DNA of 63,986 nucleotides, filler included, from Octopus bimaculoides (lineage: Eukaryota), in NCBI RefSeq assembly GCF_001194135.2. It is 6 parts of 6 records of this genome, joined end to end, with 100 filler letters (N's around TTAATTAATTAA, not from the genome) between each part and the next. Parts side by side here need not be neighbours in the genome. Positions count along the whole stretch, not along the records: positions 12,658 to 32,176 come from NC_068988.1; positions 32,277 to 56,319 come from NC_069008.1; 4 more parts are not named here. One strand, written 5' to 3'. Made by a program: the position numbers and the translations under genes. Under the pieces are notes generated by a model, which searched no databases, was not told where the DNA came from, and was given only the letters and a program-made list of their open reading frames with translations. Position 1 is the stretch's first letter, and the number at the start of each line of letters is the position of its first letter. Positions 27,770 to 39,605 of the stretch are shown piece after piece.

Positions 27770-27976
27770 CAGCCTCTACAAACAAACACTCAGACTAAAC
27801 AATCTAAGGCTAAAACAAAGCTCACTAAAGTACCCAGTGGTCAGTCGGCTGTTAAAGGGAACAAAGATCCTATTGTAAAGTCTACTTCATCCAAGCAGCA
27901 GAAGAGCCCTACTAAAGGCCCAACGAATAAGGCGAATCAGCAAGCCACTCTTGATGCGAAGGCAGACCACAAAAAA
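27770..27976 (+). CDS. Orphan phase 0-0 exon encoding a basic low-complexity segment (QPLQTNTQTKQSKAKTKLTK...ATLDAKADHKK)
   Basis: Acceptor ttttatttgcttgcag (with NAGNAG alternative), donor GTATGT, 69 open codons, higher GC than the AT-rich flanks. No family recognised. Confidence 0.55.
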
Positions 27977-30551
27977 GTATGTTTTAATAAGACTTTATGA
28001 AATTATACCAAGTATACAATCCTTATTTACCATGTTCCGTTAATCCAAGACTTTCAGGTTCAATCTGGAAACATTCCTGTATTGGTTAATGTTTGAATCT
28101 ACTTTAAGCTCTGTAGCTATATTATATCATATTGAAATCTATTTTCCTTTTTATTCCGGGAGGATTACAAACTATTTGGCTGTGGTACTGACCCAGAGGT
28201 CATGTTTTGAACTGATACTTTGAGCATTACTTTCCTCAGTTCATCTTGCGATAGATAGATAAATTGAGAGCAATCGCACTTGTTTAGCATTAGAAATAAA
28301 ATCAACCTGAAAGACATCTAATAACGTTTTCAGAGCCTTTTAACCTGTGTGTGGGGGTAGAACCTATAAAATATTATACATTAACTTTTTAAATCTCAAT
28401 GTATTTTTCTGGGTAGTCTCTATATTCCTTTTAGTTGTAACATAATTGTTTTGCATTTTTCTAGACATTCTAAGTAGTGAGTGAAAACTCTTGATTTTTG
28501 GTAGAAACAATATATTGTTTGATCATGTTTTAGTTACTAAACTCCTTCTAAAACTCCTGTACTCATCACAAGATAGTCTTCTCTTTTTAAGCATTTTTTA
28601 AGGCTTCCACTGCTAATTGTTTTACCAGCTTTGACGGCTTTCTAACCAAAATCTATGAAATATATAATTTTATTCAGTAAAATGCGTCTTGGCATTTTTG
28701 TTTTATTTTCTTGCCGTCTCATCTATTTAGACAGTAAAACCACCCCAAAGTCAACATTGCAATTTATTAATAACCTCAGACACTGAAAATTTCTAACAAT
28801 AACAGCATAAAATTTACCAATGGCAAATTTTTACATACTAAAACCCTTTTGAGGTGTCAAGATTAATTTTTCTAACCTGTTTATGTGAAGAAGTATTAAC
28901 ATGATGTTTGTAACATAACTTCTTCAAAAAGTTGTTGACTTGGCATTCTGGATTGCTTCTGCTCCAATTATCAAAGTAAATTATATTAAAACCCCAAATA
29001 GAATCAGCTTAGAACTAGTTAAAATCCAATTCACAATCTTTAGGTTTCAGTATGTCTTATAGGCCAATTATTCCCGTGGGAAGATTTAATCTCAGCACTG
29101 CAAACCATCAAACTAGCCAGATGGTTCAGGATGATTCAGCTCCTTAATATTGAGACATTCTTCCTTTCTTTGTGTTTTTACTTGCTCTATGACTAGGTAG
29201 GCAAGGAAGGAAAACAGTGAAATGCTTTACCCAGAATCCAATATTATGCCAGTGATAGACTATGGATTCTCTAGGCCAGAATCTAATATCTTATCCACTC
29301 AAATATTGTCAAAAGTTGATAGATGGAATTGAAATTGTTCAAGTTAATGCAGCTGAGATGTGTTTCATGATGCCATACAAGGAATCTCTGCCATCATTAG
29401 CATTGGTAGGATCTCAGTTTCATATTGCATATCCCTGCCAATTGCGCCAGTGTAATTGAATAGTCTTCATTCTCTGTCAGGCTGTGGAAGTCTCAAAAAT
29501 TTAGTGGCTTGTTTTTCAGCATCATAACGTTAGCCAATAAAGCCTATCCTGTTTTGAGCAGCATTAGTGGAGACAAGTATAAAATGTATGTAAATCTACT
29601 CTTTAGTCTTGTGCTCGTATCACATGATACTGTGAGCATTTATCAAAAACCTGGTCACATACCATCAAGGCAGTCTTGAAGATCCTTCTTCATAGTCTAG
29701 ATTTAATGAAGAACCCTCTACACATGTCCTGAAGGATTGACGTATTCGTTGGCTTTGTTTTAGTGTCTTCAACAGTTATGGGCAGCAAGATGCAGATCTA
29801 CTATCACATGATCAGTCTTAAAAAGGTCATAAATTTCATAATCACATTCCTGTTAAGCAAGTTGTTTTACTGCAGATTTATACTGCAGTGATAGTAAAAT
29901 GTAATACTTAATGTTAGAAACTATTAGATTGATTCCCTGTAAGTGCAAGACATTAAGATAATGCCACCAGCTGTTTGTATCTATGAGTGACTATCTATTC
30001 CATATTTGCACTTCATAGTCTCTTTTTGAAAGAACACTGAACTCTAAGTCACCAAGGTCTAAAATTGTTCGAATGAAGACATCGGTGTACTACCGTAGGC
30101 ACTAAAGGAACACTATTACAGAGAAATCTTCCACTAGCTTTCAGTGCTGAGTTCAAATCTTCCTATAGGTAATAATTGTAGTATAGAGTCAATTTCATCC
30201 AAGGAGAGTAAATTTTTCTCACTTATTGAACACCATGAAAACTAGAAATAACTAACTAATATTGTAGCTCTCCTGTTATACAGGCAGACAGCTTATGCAA
30301 AAATCTATAGAGAAGATAACAAAAAATAGCCTGCTTATACTGTTTCATAAACAATCCTTGTCAATACTTCAGACCTACTCTAGAAAATTTCCCAGCTTAG
30401 CCATATATTGGGTGAATCATCAGAAAAAGTGAACTGCCCATATATCTATTGATTTCTTGGTAACAGCACAAAACTACTGGTCTGTTAGTAAACCACAAAG
30501 TTTCTATTGAAAGAAGCATACATCTAAATTATGTTTTAGATGATTCTAGTT

Positions 30552-30811
30552 CATTGGTTCTCAACCACATGAGCCTTGAGTCCATATGACTCTTGAGGGT
30601 CCATGTAAGATTTTGTTAAAATTTATGTGAAATGAATTGGTTTTACTTCTACAATAAACAATCTTTTAACATTTTTTTATATGGTTCATAATAATATTTA
30701 ATTATTAAAAAAAAATAGGCGTTTTTTTTAAACATCGAATGGCTATGGGAGTCCAGAGAGTCAAACAGGAATCAAAGTGGTCCATAGGCAAGACGTGGTT
30801 GAGAACCACTG
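30552..30811. mobile_element. hAT-like MITE
   Basis: TIRs cattggttctcaacc / ggttgagaaccactg; degenerate 8-bp TSD ttctagtt / atctggtt. Confidence 0.75.
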
Positions 30812-30964
30812 ATCTGGTTTAGAGATGACCATATCAAAAGCTTAGCCAGATACATTCTTTTCTAATTCTTACATTACCTTTTGAACAACCATTATAGGGC
30901 ATCGCTTAGAGTTTACTCTCAGTATCCAATTAATTAATTATCTACCTTCTATTTCCATAAAATT

Positions 30965-31340
30965 TGAGTGGCTGTGTGGTAAGTAGCTTGCTTACTAACC
31001 ACATGGTTCCAGGTTCAGTCCCACTGCGTGGCACCTTGGGAAAGTGTCTTCTACTATAGCCTCAGGCTGACCAAAGCCTTGTGAGTGGATTTGGTAGACA
31101 GAAAACGAAAGAAGCCCATCATATATATGTATGTGTTTGTGTGTCTGTGTTTGTCCCCCAACTTCGCTTGACAACCGATAGTGGTGTGTTTACGTCCCCG
31201 TAACTTAGCGGTTCGGCAAAAGAGACTGATAGAATAAGTACTAGGCTTACAAAGAATAAGTCCTGGGGTCGATTTGCTTGACTAAAAGCAGTGCTCCAGC
31301 ATGGCCACAGTCAAATGACTGAAACAAGTAAAAGAGTATG
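30965..31340 (+). mobile_element. Near full-length SINE family B (tRNA-like head, central microsatellite, 3' tail)
   Basis: gagtggctgtgtggtaagtagcttgc...ggttcagtcccactgcgtggcaccttgg...aagaagccc...atgactgaaacaagtaaaagag. Confidence 0.85.
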
Positions 31341-31959
31341 CTTTAGTTTCTATTTGCTAAGGGAAAATAGGAATGATCTCACCGCCAGTAATTCAACCAC
31401 AATTTGATAAATTCATTATTAACTAAATATAATCTACAAAGTTTGGTTCTCCTTCGGCCCAAACATATTAATAATCTCTAGTCTAAATACTGAGACTTCA
31501 GAGTGTCTTTCTTGTCAAAGGAGGGTTAGAAACTTAGTTCAAACGTATTAACTGCCACATGTTCTAGATTAGACAACCTCCAGCTACTTCTTAAGGTTTG
31601 TAGTTTTCTGCACATGTAACTATTACCGTAAGTGACCATCCCCCCTCCATTTGTGCATGTTAGTTTGTTTTTTATTCATATTTTTTCAAAAAAGCTGTCA
31701 TTTTGTTTAGTTTTTTTTTTTTCACCCCCACCCCCTCCTCCATTTGTACTGCTTTTGTCTTTTTGGCATAAAACTGCTATTATTTGTTGAAATTGTATAG
31801 TTTGCCTCCCTAGCAGCTGTACCACCCCACCCCTACCCCATTTCCTTTTACAAATTATCATTAACTTGCTTGCTGTTGTATTTTTTTTTTTTGATTTTCG
31901 ATATTGTCTCACTTTGACTTTTTTTTTGCATGGCCCTTAATATTAAGCACCATCACCAT

Positions 31960-32047
31960 TGTCATCATCATCATCGTCATCATCATCATCATCGTCATCA
32001 TCATCATCATCGTCATCATCATCATCATCGTCATCATCATCATCATT
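31960..32047. repeat. (CAT)n microsatellite with periodic CGT
   Basis: Directly visible. Confidence 0.95.
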
Positions 32048-32220
32048 CTTTAAATCTGTTGAGACTCATGTGAATTCATTGTAAGTAAACCAAATGGGCA
32101 TTAACTTCTTTTTTTCTTTTTTTTTTTTCATTCGTCTTTCTTCCTTAGTCCCAGGCGAAGAAACCATCCAGTTCAANNNNNNNNNNNNNNNNNNNNNNNN
32201 NNNNNNNNNNNNNNNNNNNN

Positions 32221-32232
32221 TTAATTAATTAA
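32221..32232. other. Artificial scaffold linker in N gap
   Basis: TTAATTAATTAA between N runs. Confidence 0.9.
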
Positions 32233-32277
32233 NNNNNNNNNNNNNNNNNNNNNNNNNNNNNNNNNNNNNNNNNNNNT

Positions 32278-35200
32278 ATATATATATACATTCTTTCGCT
32301 CGTTCGTACGTACGTACGTTTGTCCGTACTTTGTATGTACGTACCTTCGTTCTTTCGGTCGTACGTACGGATGTATATACGCACGTTCGCTCGATCGTAC
32401 GTACGTTCGTTCCATCGTCTGTTTATTCCATTTATCTATCGTTCGTACATACGTTCGTTCGTTTGTTCGTTCTTACGTACGTGCTTTCGTTTGTTCGTAA
32501 GAATGAACGTACGAACGAGCGTACGTACGTACGAAGGAATGAACGTGCGTACGTACGAACGAACGAAGGAAAGAACGAAGTAACGAATGAACGTACTTAC
32601 GTTAGAACGAACGAACGAAAGAACGAACGAACGTACGTAAGTACGAACGAACGTACGTAAGTACGAACGAACGTAATTATGTACTACGAACGCATGAACG
32701 TAGGTAGGTACGTATATAAGTACCTACGTACGAACGTACGTAAATACGTCCGTAGGTACGTAACAACGAAGGAACGAACAAACCAATGAACGAACGAACT
32801 AACGAACGAACGTACGCACGTACGTACGAAGGAACGAACGAACGTACGCACGTATGTACGTACGTACGAAACATGAAGGAAATGAATGAAAGAACGTAAG
32901 TACGTACGTAAGAACGATCGAACGAAAGAATTAACGAACGAACGAATGAACGAAAGAAGGAACGAACGNNNNNNNNNNNNNNNNNNNNNNNNNNNNNNNN
33001 NNNNNNNNNNNNNNNNNNNNNNNNNNNNNNNNNNNNNNNNNNNNNNNNNNNNNNNNNNNNNNNNNNNNTACATACGAACGTACTTACGTACGGACGTTCA
33101 TTCTTACCTTAGATCATTAGTTCATACGTACGTTTGTTCGTTCTTTGTTCGTTCGTTCTTTGTTCGTTCGTTCTTACATTCGTTCTTTGTTCGTTCGTTC
33201 GTTCGTTCGTTTGTTCGTTCGTACATACATACGTTCAATTCTTTGTTCGTTTTTTGTCGTACCTATGTCCGTTCGTTCCTACGTACGTACGTGCGTACGT
33301 TCGTTCGTTAGTTCGTTGATTGGTTTGTTCGTTCCTTCGTTGTTACGTACGTACGGACGTATTTACGTACGTTCGTACGTAGGTGCTTATATACGTACCT
33401 ACCTACGTTCATTCGTTCGTACGTACATAATTACGTTCGTTCGTTCGTTCGTACTTACGTACGTTCGTTCTTTCGTTCGTTCGTTCTTACGTACGTAAGT
33501 ACGCACGTTCAATCGTTACTTCGTTCTTTCCTTCCTTCGTTCGTTCGATCGTTCGTACGTACGCACGTTCATTCGTACGTACGCTCGTTCNNNNNNNNNN
33601 NNNNNNNNNNNNNNNNNNNNNNNNNNNNNNNNNNNNNNNNNNNNNNNNNNNNNNNNNNNNNNNNNNNNNNNNNNNNNNNNNNNNNNNNNNNNNNNNNNNN
33701 NNNNNNNNNNNNNNNNNNNNNNNNNNNNNNNNNNNNNNNNNNNNNNNNNNNNNNNNNNNNNNNNNNNNNNNNNNNNNNNNNNNNNNNNNNNNNNNNNNNN
33801 NNNNNNNNNNNNNNNNNNNNNNNNNNNNNNNNNNNNNNNNNNNNNNNNNNNNNNNNNNNNNNNNNNNNNNNNNNNNNNNNNNNNNNNNNNNNNNNNNNNN
33901 NNNNNNNNNNNNNNNNNNNNNNNNNNNNNNNNNNNNNNNNNNNNNNNNNNNNNNNNNNNNNNNNNNNNNNNNNNNNNNNNNNNNNNNNNNNNNNNNNNNN
34001 NNNNNNNNNNNNNNNNNNNNNNNNNNNNNNNNNNNNNNNNNNNNNNNNNNNNNNNNNNNNNNNNNNNNNNNNNNNNNNNNNNNNNNNNNNNNNNNNNNNN
34101 NNTTATTCGTTCGTACATACGAACGTACTTACATACGGACGTTCTTTCTTACCTTAGATCATTTGTTCATACGTACGTTCGTTCGTTCTTTGTTCGTTCG
34201 TTCTTACGTTCGTTCTTTGTTCGTTCGTTCGTTCGTTTGTTCGTTCGTACATACATACGTTCAATTCTTTGTTCGTTTTTTTCGTACCTATGTCCGTTCG
34301 TTCCTTCAATCGTTCGTTCGTAAGTACGTTCGTCTGTTTCTTTGTTCGTTCGTTTGTTCGATCATTCGTTCGTTATTACATACGTACTTACGTACGGACG
34401 TTCGTTCATTAGTTCTTTCGTACGTACGTACGTACGTTCGTTCTTTAGGTCGTTCGTTCGTTAATTCTTTCGTTCGTTCGTTCTTATGTATGTACTTACG
34501 TTCTTTCATGTTTCGTACGTACGTACATACGTGCGTACGTTCGTTCGTTCCTACGTACGTACGTGCGTACGTACGTTCGTTAGTTCGTTCGTTCATTGGT
34601 TTGTTCGTTCCTTCGTTGTTACGGACGTATTTACGTACGTTCGTACGTAGGTACTTATATACGTACCTACCTACGTTCATTCTTTCGTACGTACATAATT
34701 ACGTTCGTTCGTTCGTTCGTACTTACGTACGTTCGTTCTTTCGTTCGTACTTACGTACGTTCGTTCTTTCGTTCGTTCGTTCTTACGTACGTAAGTACGT
34801 ACTTTCATTCGTTACTTCTTTCTTTCCTTCGTTCGTTCGTTCGATCGTTCGTACGTACGCACGTTCATTCGTACGTACGTACGCTCGTTCGTACGTTCAT
34901 TCTTACGTATGTACGTACATACGTTCAATCGTTCTTTCCTTCGTTTGTTNNNNNNNNNNNNNNNNNNNNNNNNNNNNNNNNNNNNNNNNNNNNNNNNNNN
35001 NNNNNNNNNNNNNNNNNNNNNNNNNNNNNNNNNNNNNNNNNNNNNNNNNNNNNNNNNNNNNNNNNNNNNNNNNNNNNNNNNNNNNNNNNNNNNNNNNNNN
35101 NNNNNNNNNNNNNNNNNNNNNNNNNNNNNNNNNNNNNNNNNNNNNNNNNNNNNNNNNNNNNNNNNNNNNNNNNNNNNNNNNNNNNNNNNNNNNNNNNNNN

Positions 35201-37635
35201 NNNNNNNNNNNNNNNNNNNNNNNNNNNNNNNNNNNNNNNNNNNNNNNNNNNNNNNNNNNNNNNNNNNNNNNNNNNNNNNNNNNNNNNNNNNNNNNNNNNN
35301 NNNNNNNNNNNNNNNNNNNNNNNNNNNNNNNNNNNNNNNNNNNNNNNNNNNNNNNNNNNNNNNNNNNNNNCTTACCTTAGATCATTTGGTCATACGTACG
35401 TTCGTTCGTTCTTTCATATATATGTACGTAGGAACATACGAACGTTCGTTCGTTCGTAATTACGTTCTTTCTTTCGTTTATTCTTTCGTACATACGAACG
35501 TACTTACGTACGGACGTTCTTTCTTACCTTAGATCATTTGGTCATACGTACGTTCGTTCGTTCTTTGTTCGTTCGTTCTTACGTTCAATTCTTTGTTCGT
35601 TTTTTTCGTACCTACGTCCGTTCTTTCCTTCAATCGTTCGTTCGTAAGTACGTTCGTCCGTTTCTTTGTTCGTTCGTTCTTACATACGTACTTACGTACG
35701 GACGTTCGTTCATTAGTTCTTTCGTACGTACGTACGTACGTTCGTTCATTAGGTCGTTCGTTCGTTTCATTCGTTCGTTCGTCCGTCCGTACGTTCGTAC
35801 GTACGCTCGTTCGTACGTACGTACGTTCGTTCGTACGTACGTACGTTCGTCCGTTCATTTGTTCCTAAGTACGTACGTTTGTTTGTTCATTCGTTCCTTC
35901 GTTTGTTCGTACATACGTACGTACGTACGTTCTTTCGTTTGCTCGTTCGTTCGTTCGTCCGTTCGTTCTTTCGCTCGTTCGTTCATTCGTTTGTTTGTTT
36001 CGTTCAATCGTTCGTTCATTCGTTTGTTTCGTTCTTCCGTACGTACGTACGATCATTCGTTCGTTCCCTCACACGTACGTACGTTCCTTAGTTTGTTCGT
36101 TCGTTCATACGTAACTACTTACGTACGTACATATGTACCTAGTTACGTATATTCGTTTGTTCGTTCTTTCGTACATTCAATTCTTTGTTCGTTCTTTTTG
36201 TTTTCGTACCTACGTACGTTCGTTCGTTCAGTCGTTCGTTCGTTCCATCGTTCGTTCGTTCTTACATACGTACTTACGTACGTAAATCCGTACATACGGA
36301 CGGACGTTGGTTCATTAGTTCTTTCGTACGTACGTACTTTTGTTCATTAGGTCGTCCGTTCGCTCGTTGGTCCGTACGTACGTTCGTCCGTACGTACGTT
36401 CGTTCGTTTATTCATATATATGTACGTAGGAACATACGTACGTTCGTAATTACGTTCTTTCTTTCGTTTATTCGTTCGTACGTACGAACTTACTTCCGTA
36501 CGCACGTTCTTTCTTTCCTTCGATCATTTGTTCATACGTACGATCGTTCGTTCGTTCGTTCTTTCGTTCGTACGTTCGAATGAACAAACAAACGTACGTA
36601 CGTAGGAACGAACGCATGTGCGAACGAAAGATAGATTGAACGAAAAAACAAACGAACGTACGTATATACATCCGTACGTACGAACGATCGAATGAGCGAA
36701 CGAACGTACGTACGAACGTCCGTACGTACGAACGAACGAAATTAAGGAACGAACGAAAGAACGATTGAACGTATGTACGTACATACGTAAGAATGAACGT
36801 ACGAACGAACAAACGNNNNNNNNNNGAACGAAAGAACGATTGAACGTATGTACGTACATACGTAAGAATGAACGTACGAACGAACAAACGAAGGAAAGAA
36901 CGAAGTAACGAATGAACGTACGTACTTACGTACGTAAGAACGAATGAACGAACGAAAGACCGACCGAACGTTCCTTCGTTTGTTCGTACATACGTACGTT
37001 CTTTCGTTTGCTCGATCGTTCGTTCGTCCGTTCGTTCTTTCGCTTGTTTGTTTCGTTCAATCGTTTGTCTCGTTCTTCCGTACGTACGTACGATCATTCG
37101 TTCGTTTGTTCCCTCACATGTACGTACGTTTGTTCGTTCGTTCGTTCTTTCGATATTTCGTGCCGACCTACAAACCTACGTACGAACGTTCGTCCGTTCG
37201 ATCGATCTTTCTTTCGCACGTACGTTCGTTCTTTCGTTCGTCCGTTCGCACGTACGTTCGTTCATATGTACGTACGTACGTACATATTTACCTACTTACG
37301 TACGTTCGTTCGTTCGTTCGTTCAATTATTTGTTCGTTCGTTTCTTTGTTCGTTCGTTCATTCGATCGTACGTAAATCCGTACATACGTACGGACGTACG
37401 TTCGTTAGTTCTTTCGTACGTACGTTCGTTCATTCATATATATGTACGTAGGAACATACGTACGTTCGTTCGTTCTTTCGTAATTACGTTCTTTCTTTCG
37501 TTTATTCGTTCGTACGTACGAACTTACGTACGCAGGTTCTTTCTTTCCTTCGATCATTTGTTCATACGTACGATCGTTCGTTCGTACGAACATACGCACG
37601 CTCGTTCGTTCTTTCATTCATTCATTCATACATAT
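32278..37635. repeat. CpG-rich (TACG/TTCG)-based satellite with about 1 kb higher-order units and internal inversions; gapped
   Basis: Marker catatatatgtacgtaggaacatacg at 35415, 36413, 37435; cttaccttagatcatt at 33103, 34148, 35371, 35523; switches between TTCG and CGAA orientation near 32495, 36580, 36965. Confidence 0.92.
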
Positions 37636-38476
37636 GTCAGTGTACAATGTGCAACAGAGCAGCACTTAGCGTATTGAGAGAAAATAAGTGAAGGAAGCGA
37701 AAACAAAAACAAGAAAAAAAGACAAAANNNNNNNNNNNNNNNNNNNNNNNNNNNNNNNNNNNNNNNNNNNNNNNNNNNNNNNNNNNNNNNNNNNNNNNNN
37801 NNNNNNNNNNNNNNNNNNNNNNNNNNNNNNNNNNNNNNNNNNNNNNNNNNNNNNNNNNNNNNNNNNNNNNNNNNNNNNNNNNNNNNNNNNNNNNNNNNNN
37901 NNNNNNNNNNNNNNNNNNNNNNNNNNNNNNNNNNNNNNNNNNNNNNNNNNNNNNNNNNNNNNNNNNNNNNNNNNNNNNNNNNNNNNNNNNNNNNNNNNNN
38001 NNNNNNNNNNNNNNNNNNNNNNNNNNNNNNNNNNNNNNNNNNNNNNNNNNNNNNNNNNNNNNNNNNNNNNNNNNNNNNNNNNNNNNNNNNNNNNNNNNNN
38101 NNNNNNNNNNNNNNNNNNNNNNNNNNNNNNNNNNNNNNNNNNNNNNNNNNNNNNNNNNNNNNNNNNNNNNNNNNNNNNNNNNNNNNNNNNNNNNNNNNNN
38201 NNNNNNNNNNNNNNNNNNNNNNNNNNNNNNNNNNNNNNNNNNNNNNNNNNNNNNNNNNNNNNNNNNNNNNNNNNNNNNNNNNNNNNNNNNNNNNNNNNNN
38301 NNNNNNNNNNNNNNNNNNNNNNNNNNNNNNNNNNNNNNNNNNNNNNNNNNNNNNNNNNNNNNNNNNNNNNNNNNNNNNNNNNNNNNNNNNNNNNNNNNNN
38401 NNNNNNNNNNNNNNNNNNNNNNNNNNNNNNNNNNNNNNNNNNNNNNNNNNNNNNNNNNNNTAATATTATTATTATT

Positions 38477-38516
<40 letters not shown>

Positions 38517-38693
38517 GTAAATCCCCCAAAGAACAAACACAAAAAAATAACAAGCTAGAACATGGTACATGTAAAGTATTAGCAGAGGCTCAGGGAAGGA
38601 AAGAAAGATGGTTTAACATTTTGAGCAGATGCTCTTCTTCAGAAACAGATGAAAATCCAATAGAAAAGGAAGATGGAGAAAGAAACTCACCAA

Positions 38694-38728
<35 letters not shown>

Positions 38729-39204
38729 TGTGTGTCTGTGTTTGGCCCCACCACCATCGCTTGATAACCAATGTTGGTGTGTTTAGGTCCCCATAACTTA
38801 GCAGTTCGACAAAGAGACAGATAGAATAAATACTAAGCTTACAGAGAATAAGTCCTGGGGGTCAATTCATTCGATGAAAAGCGCTGCTCCAGTACGGCCA
38901 CAGTTAAATGACTGAAACGAATAAAAGAAATAAAAGAATGTAGCTGAGTACTCCACAGAGAGACATATTCAGGGAGATTCAGCATGACAAACCAAATGAG
39001 ACACAGCTGGCCCCTTTTGAATTACAGGTACAACTCATTTTTGCCAGGTGAGTGAACTGGGACAACGTGCACCATCAGATATTGAACCCAAGATCTCATG
39101 ATCGTCAGCTGAATTCTTTAACCACCAATCTTCCACCTTCATGAAATTGCATTTATATGGAGAAGAACTTTTGCAAGATGTATGAAATAGCCATTAGTAT
39201 AATC

Positions 39205-39210
39205 TTTATT
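39205..39210 (-). terminator. Candidate polyadenylation signal AATAAA for CCDC40
   Basis: tttatt on + strand, about 117 nt past the stop codon. Confidence 0.5.
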
Positions 39211-39326
39211 AGCATCAACACCATTTTCGTGCTTTTTCTTTAGTTAACTTTTTTGCAAACTGTCTAAATATGATTGGTCAAATTCCACCAAAGTCCATCA
39301 AACTCCACCAAGTGCCACTGTGCCTC

Positions 39327-39605
39327 CTAATCTGAGGGCTCACGAGAGCTATCCTCGGATGACACCATGTACTTATGAGACTGCACTAGGAGCACGTGAA
39401 GAATTCTCTGTAGGGACTTCTGTATTCCTGGGTACTCCTGGCAGATCTGTTCTGCAATTGCCGTCAGTGTCTGCAGGTTGTTCAGTTGTTTGGTGTACTC
39501 CGAGTGATACGATGTCTTCGACTTGCACAGCATCTTGTAGCGCTTGTCCTTCACTTGCTGGTAATACTTGTTACGACGCTGCTGCTGCAGGAGGTCAATC
39601 ATTTT
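39327..39605 (-). CDS. CCDC40: CCDC40 coding exon 17 ([11 protein letters not shown]...SREPSD*)
   Basis: Acceptor ttgttgtttttgcag; 279 nt to TAG. Confidence 0.9.
   Translation of the reverse strand, partial: KMIDLLQQQRRNKYYQQVKDKRYKMLCKSKTSYHSEYTKQLNNLQTLTAIAEQICQEYPGIQKSLQRILHVLLVQSHKYMVSSEDSSREPSD

Noticed and set aside
32278-37635. CRISPR-like repeat-spacer array
   Set aside because: Eukaryotic context, no constant repeat with unique spacers, no cas genes.
32221-37677. Many long R/S/F/V/T/Y-rich ORFs, up to 405 aa
   Set aside because: Translations of the TACG/TTCG satellite and of N runs; no splice or coding signal.
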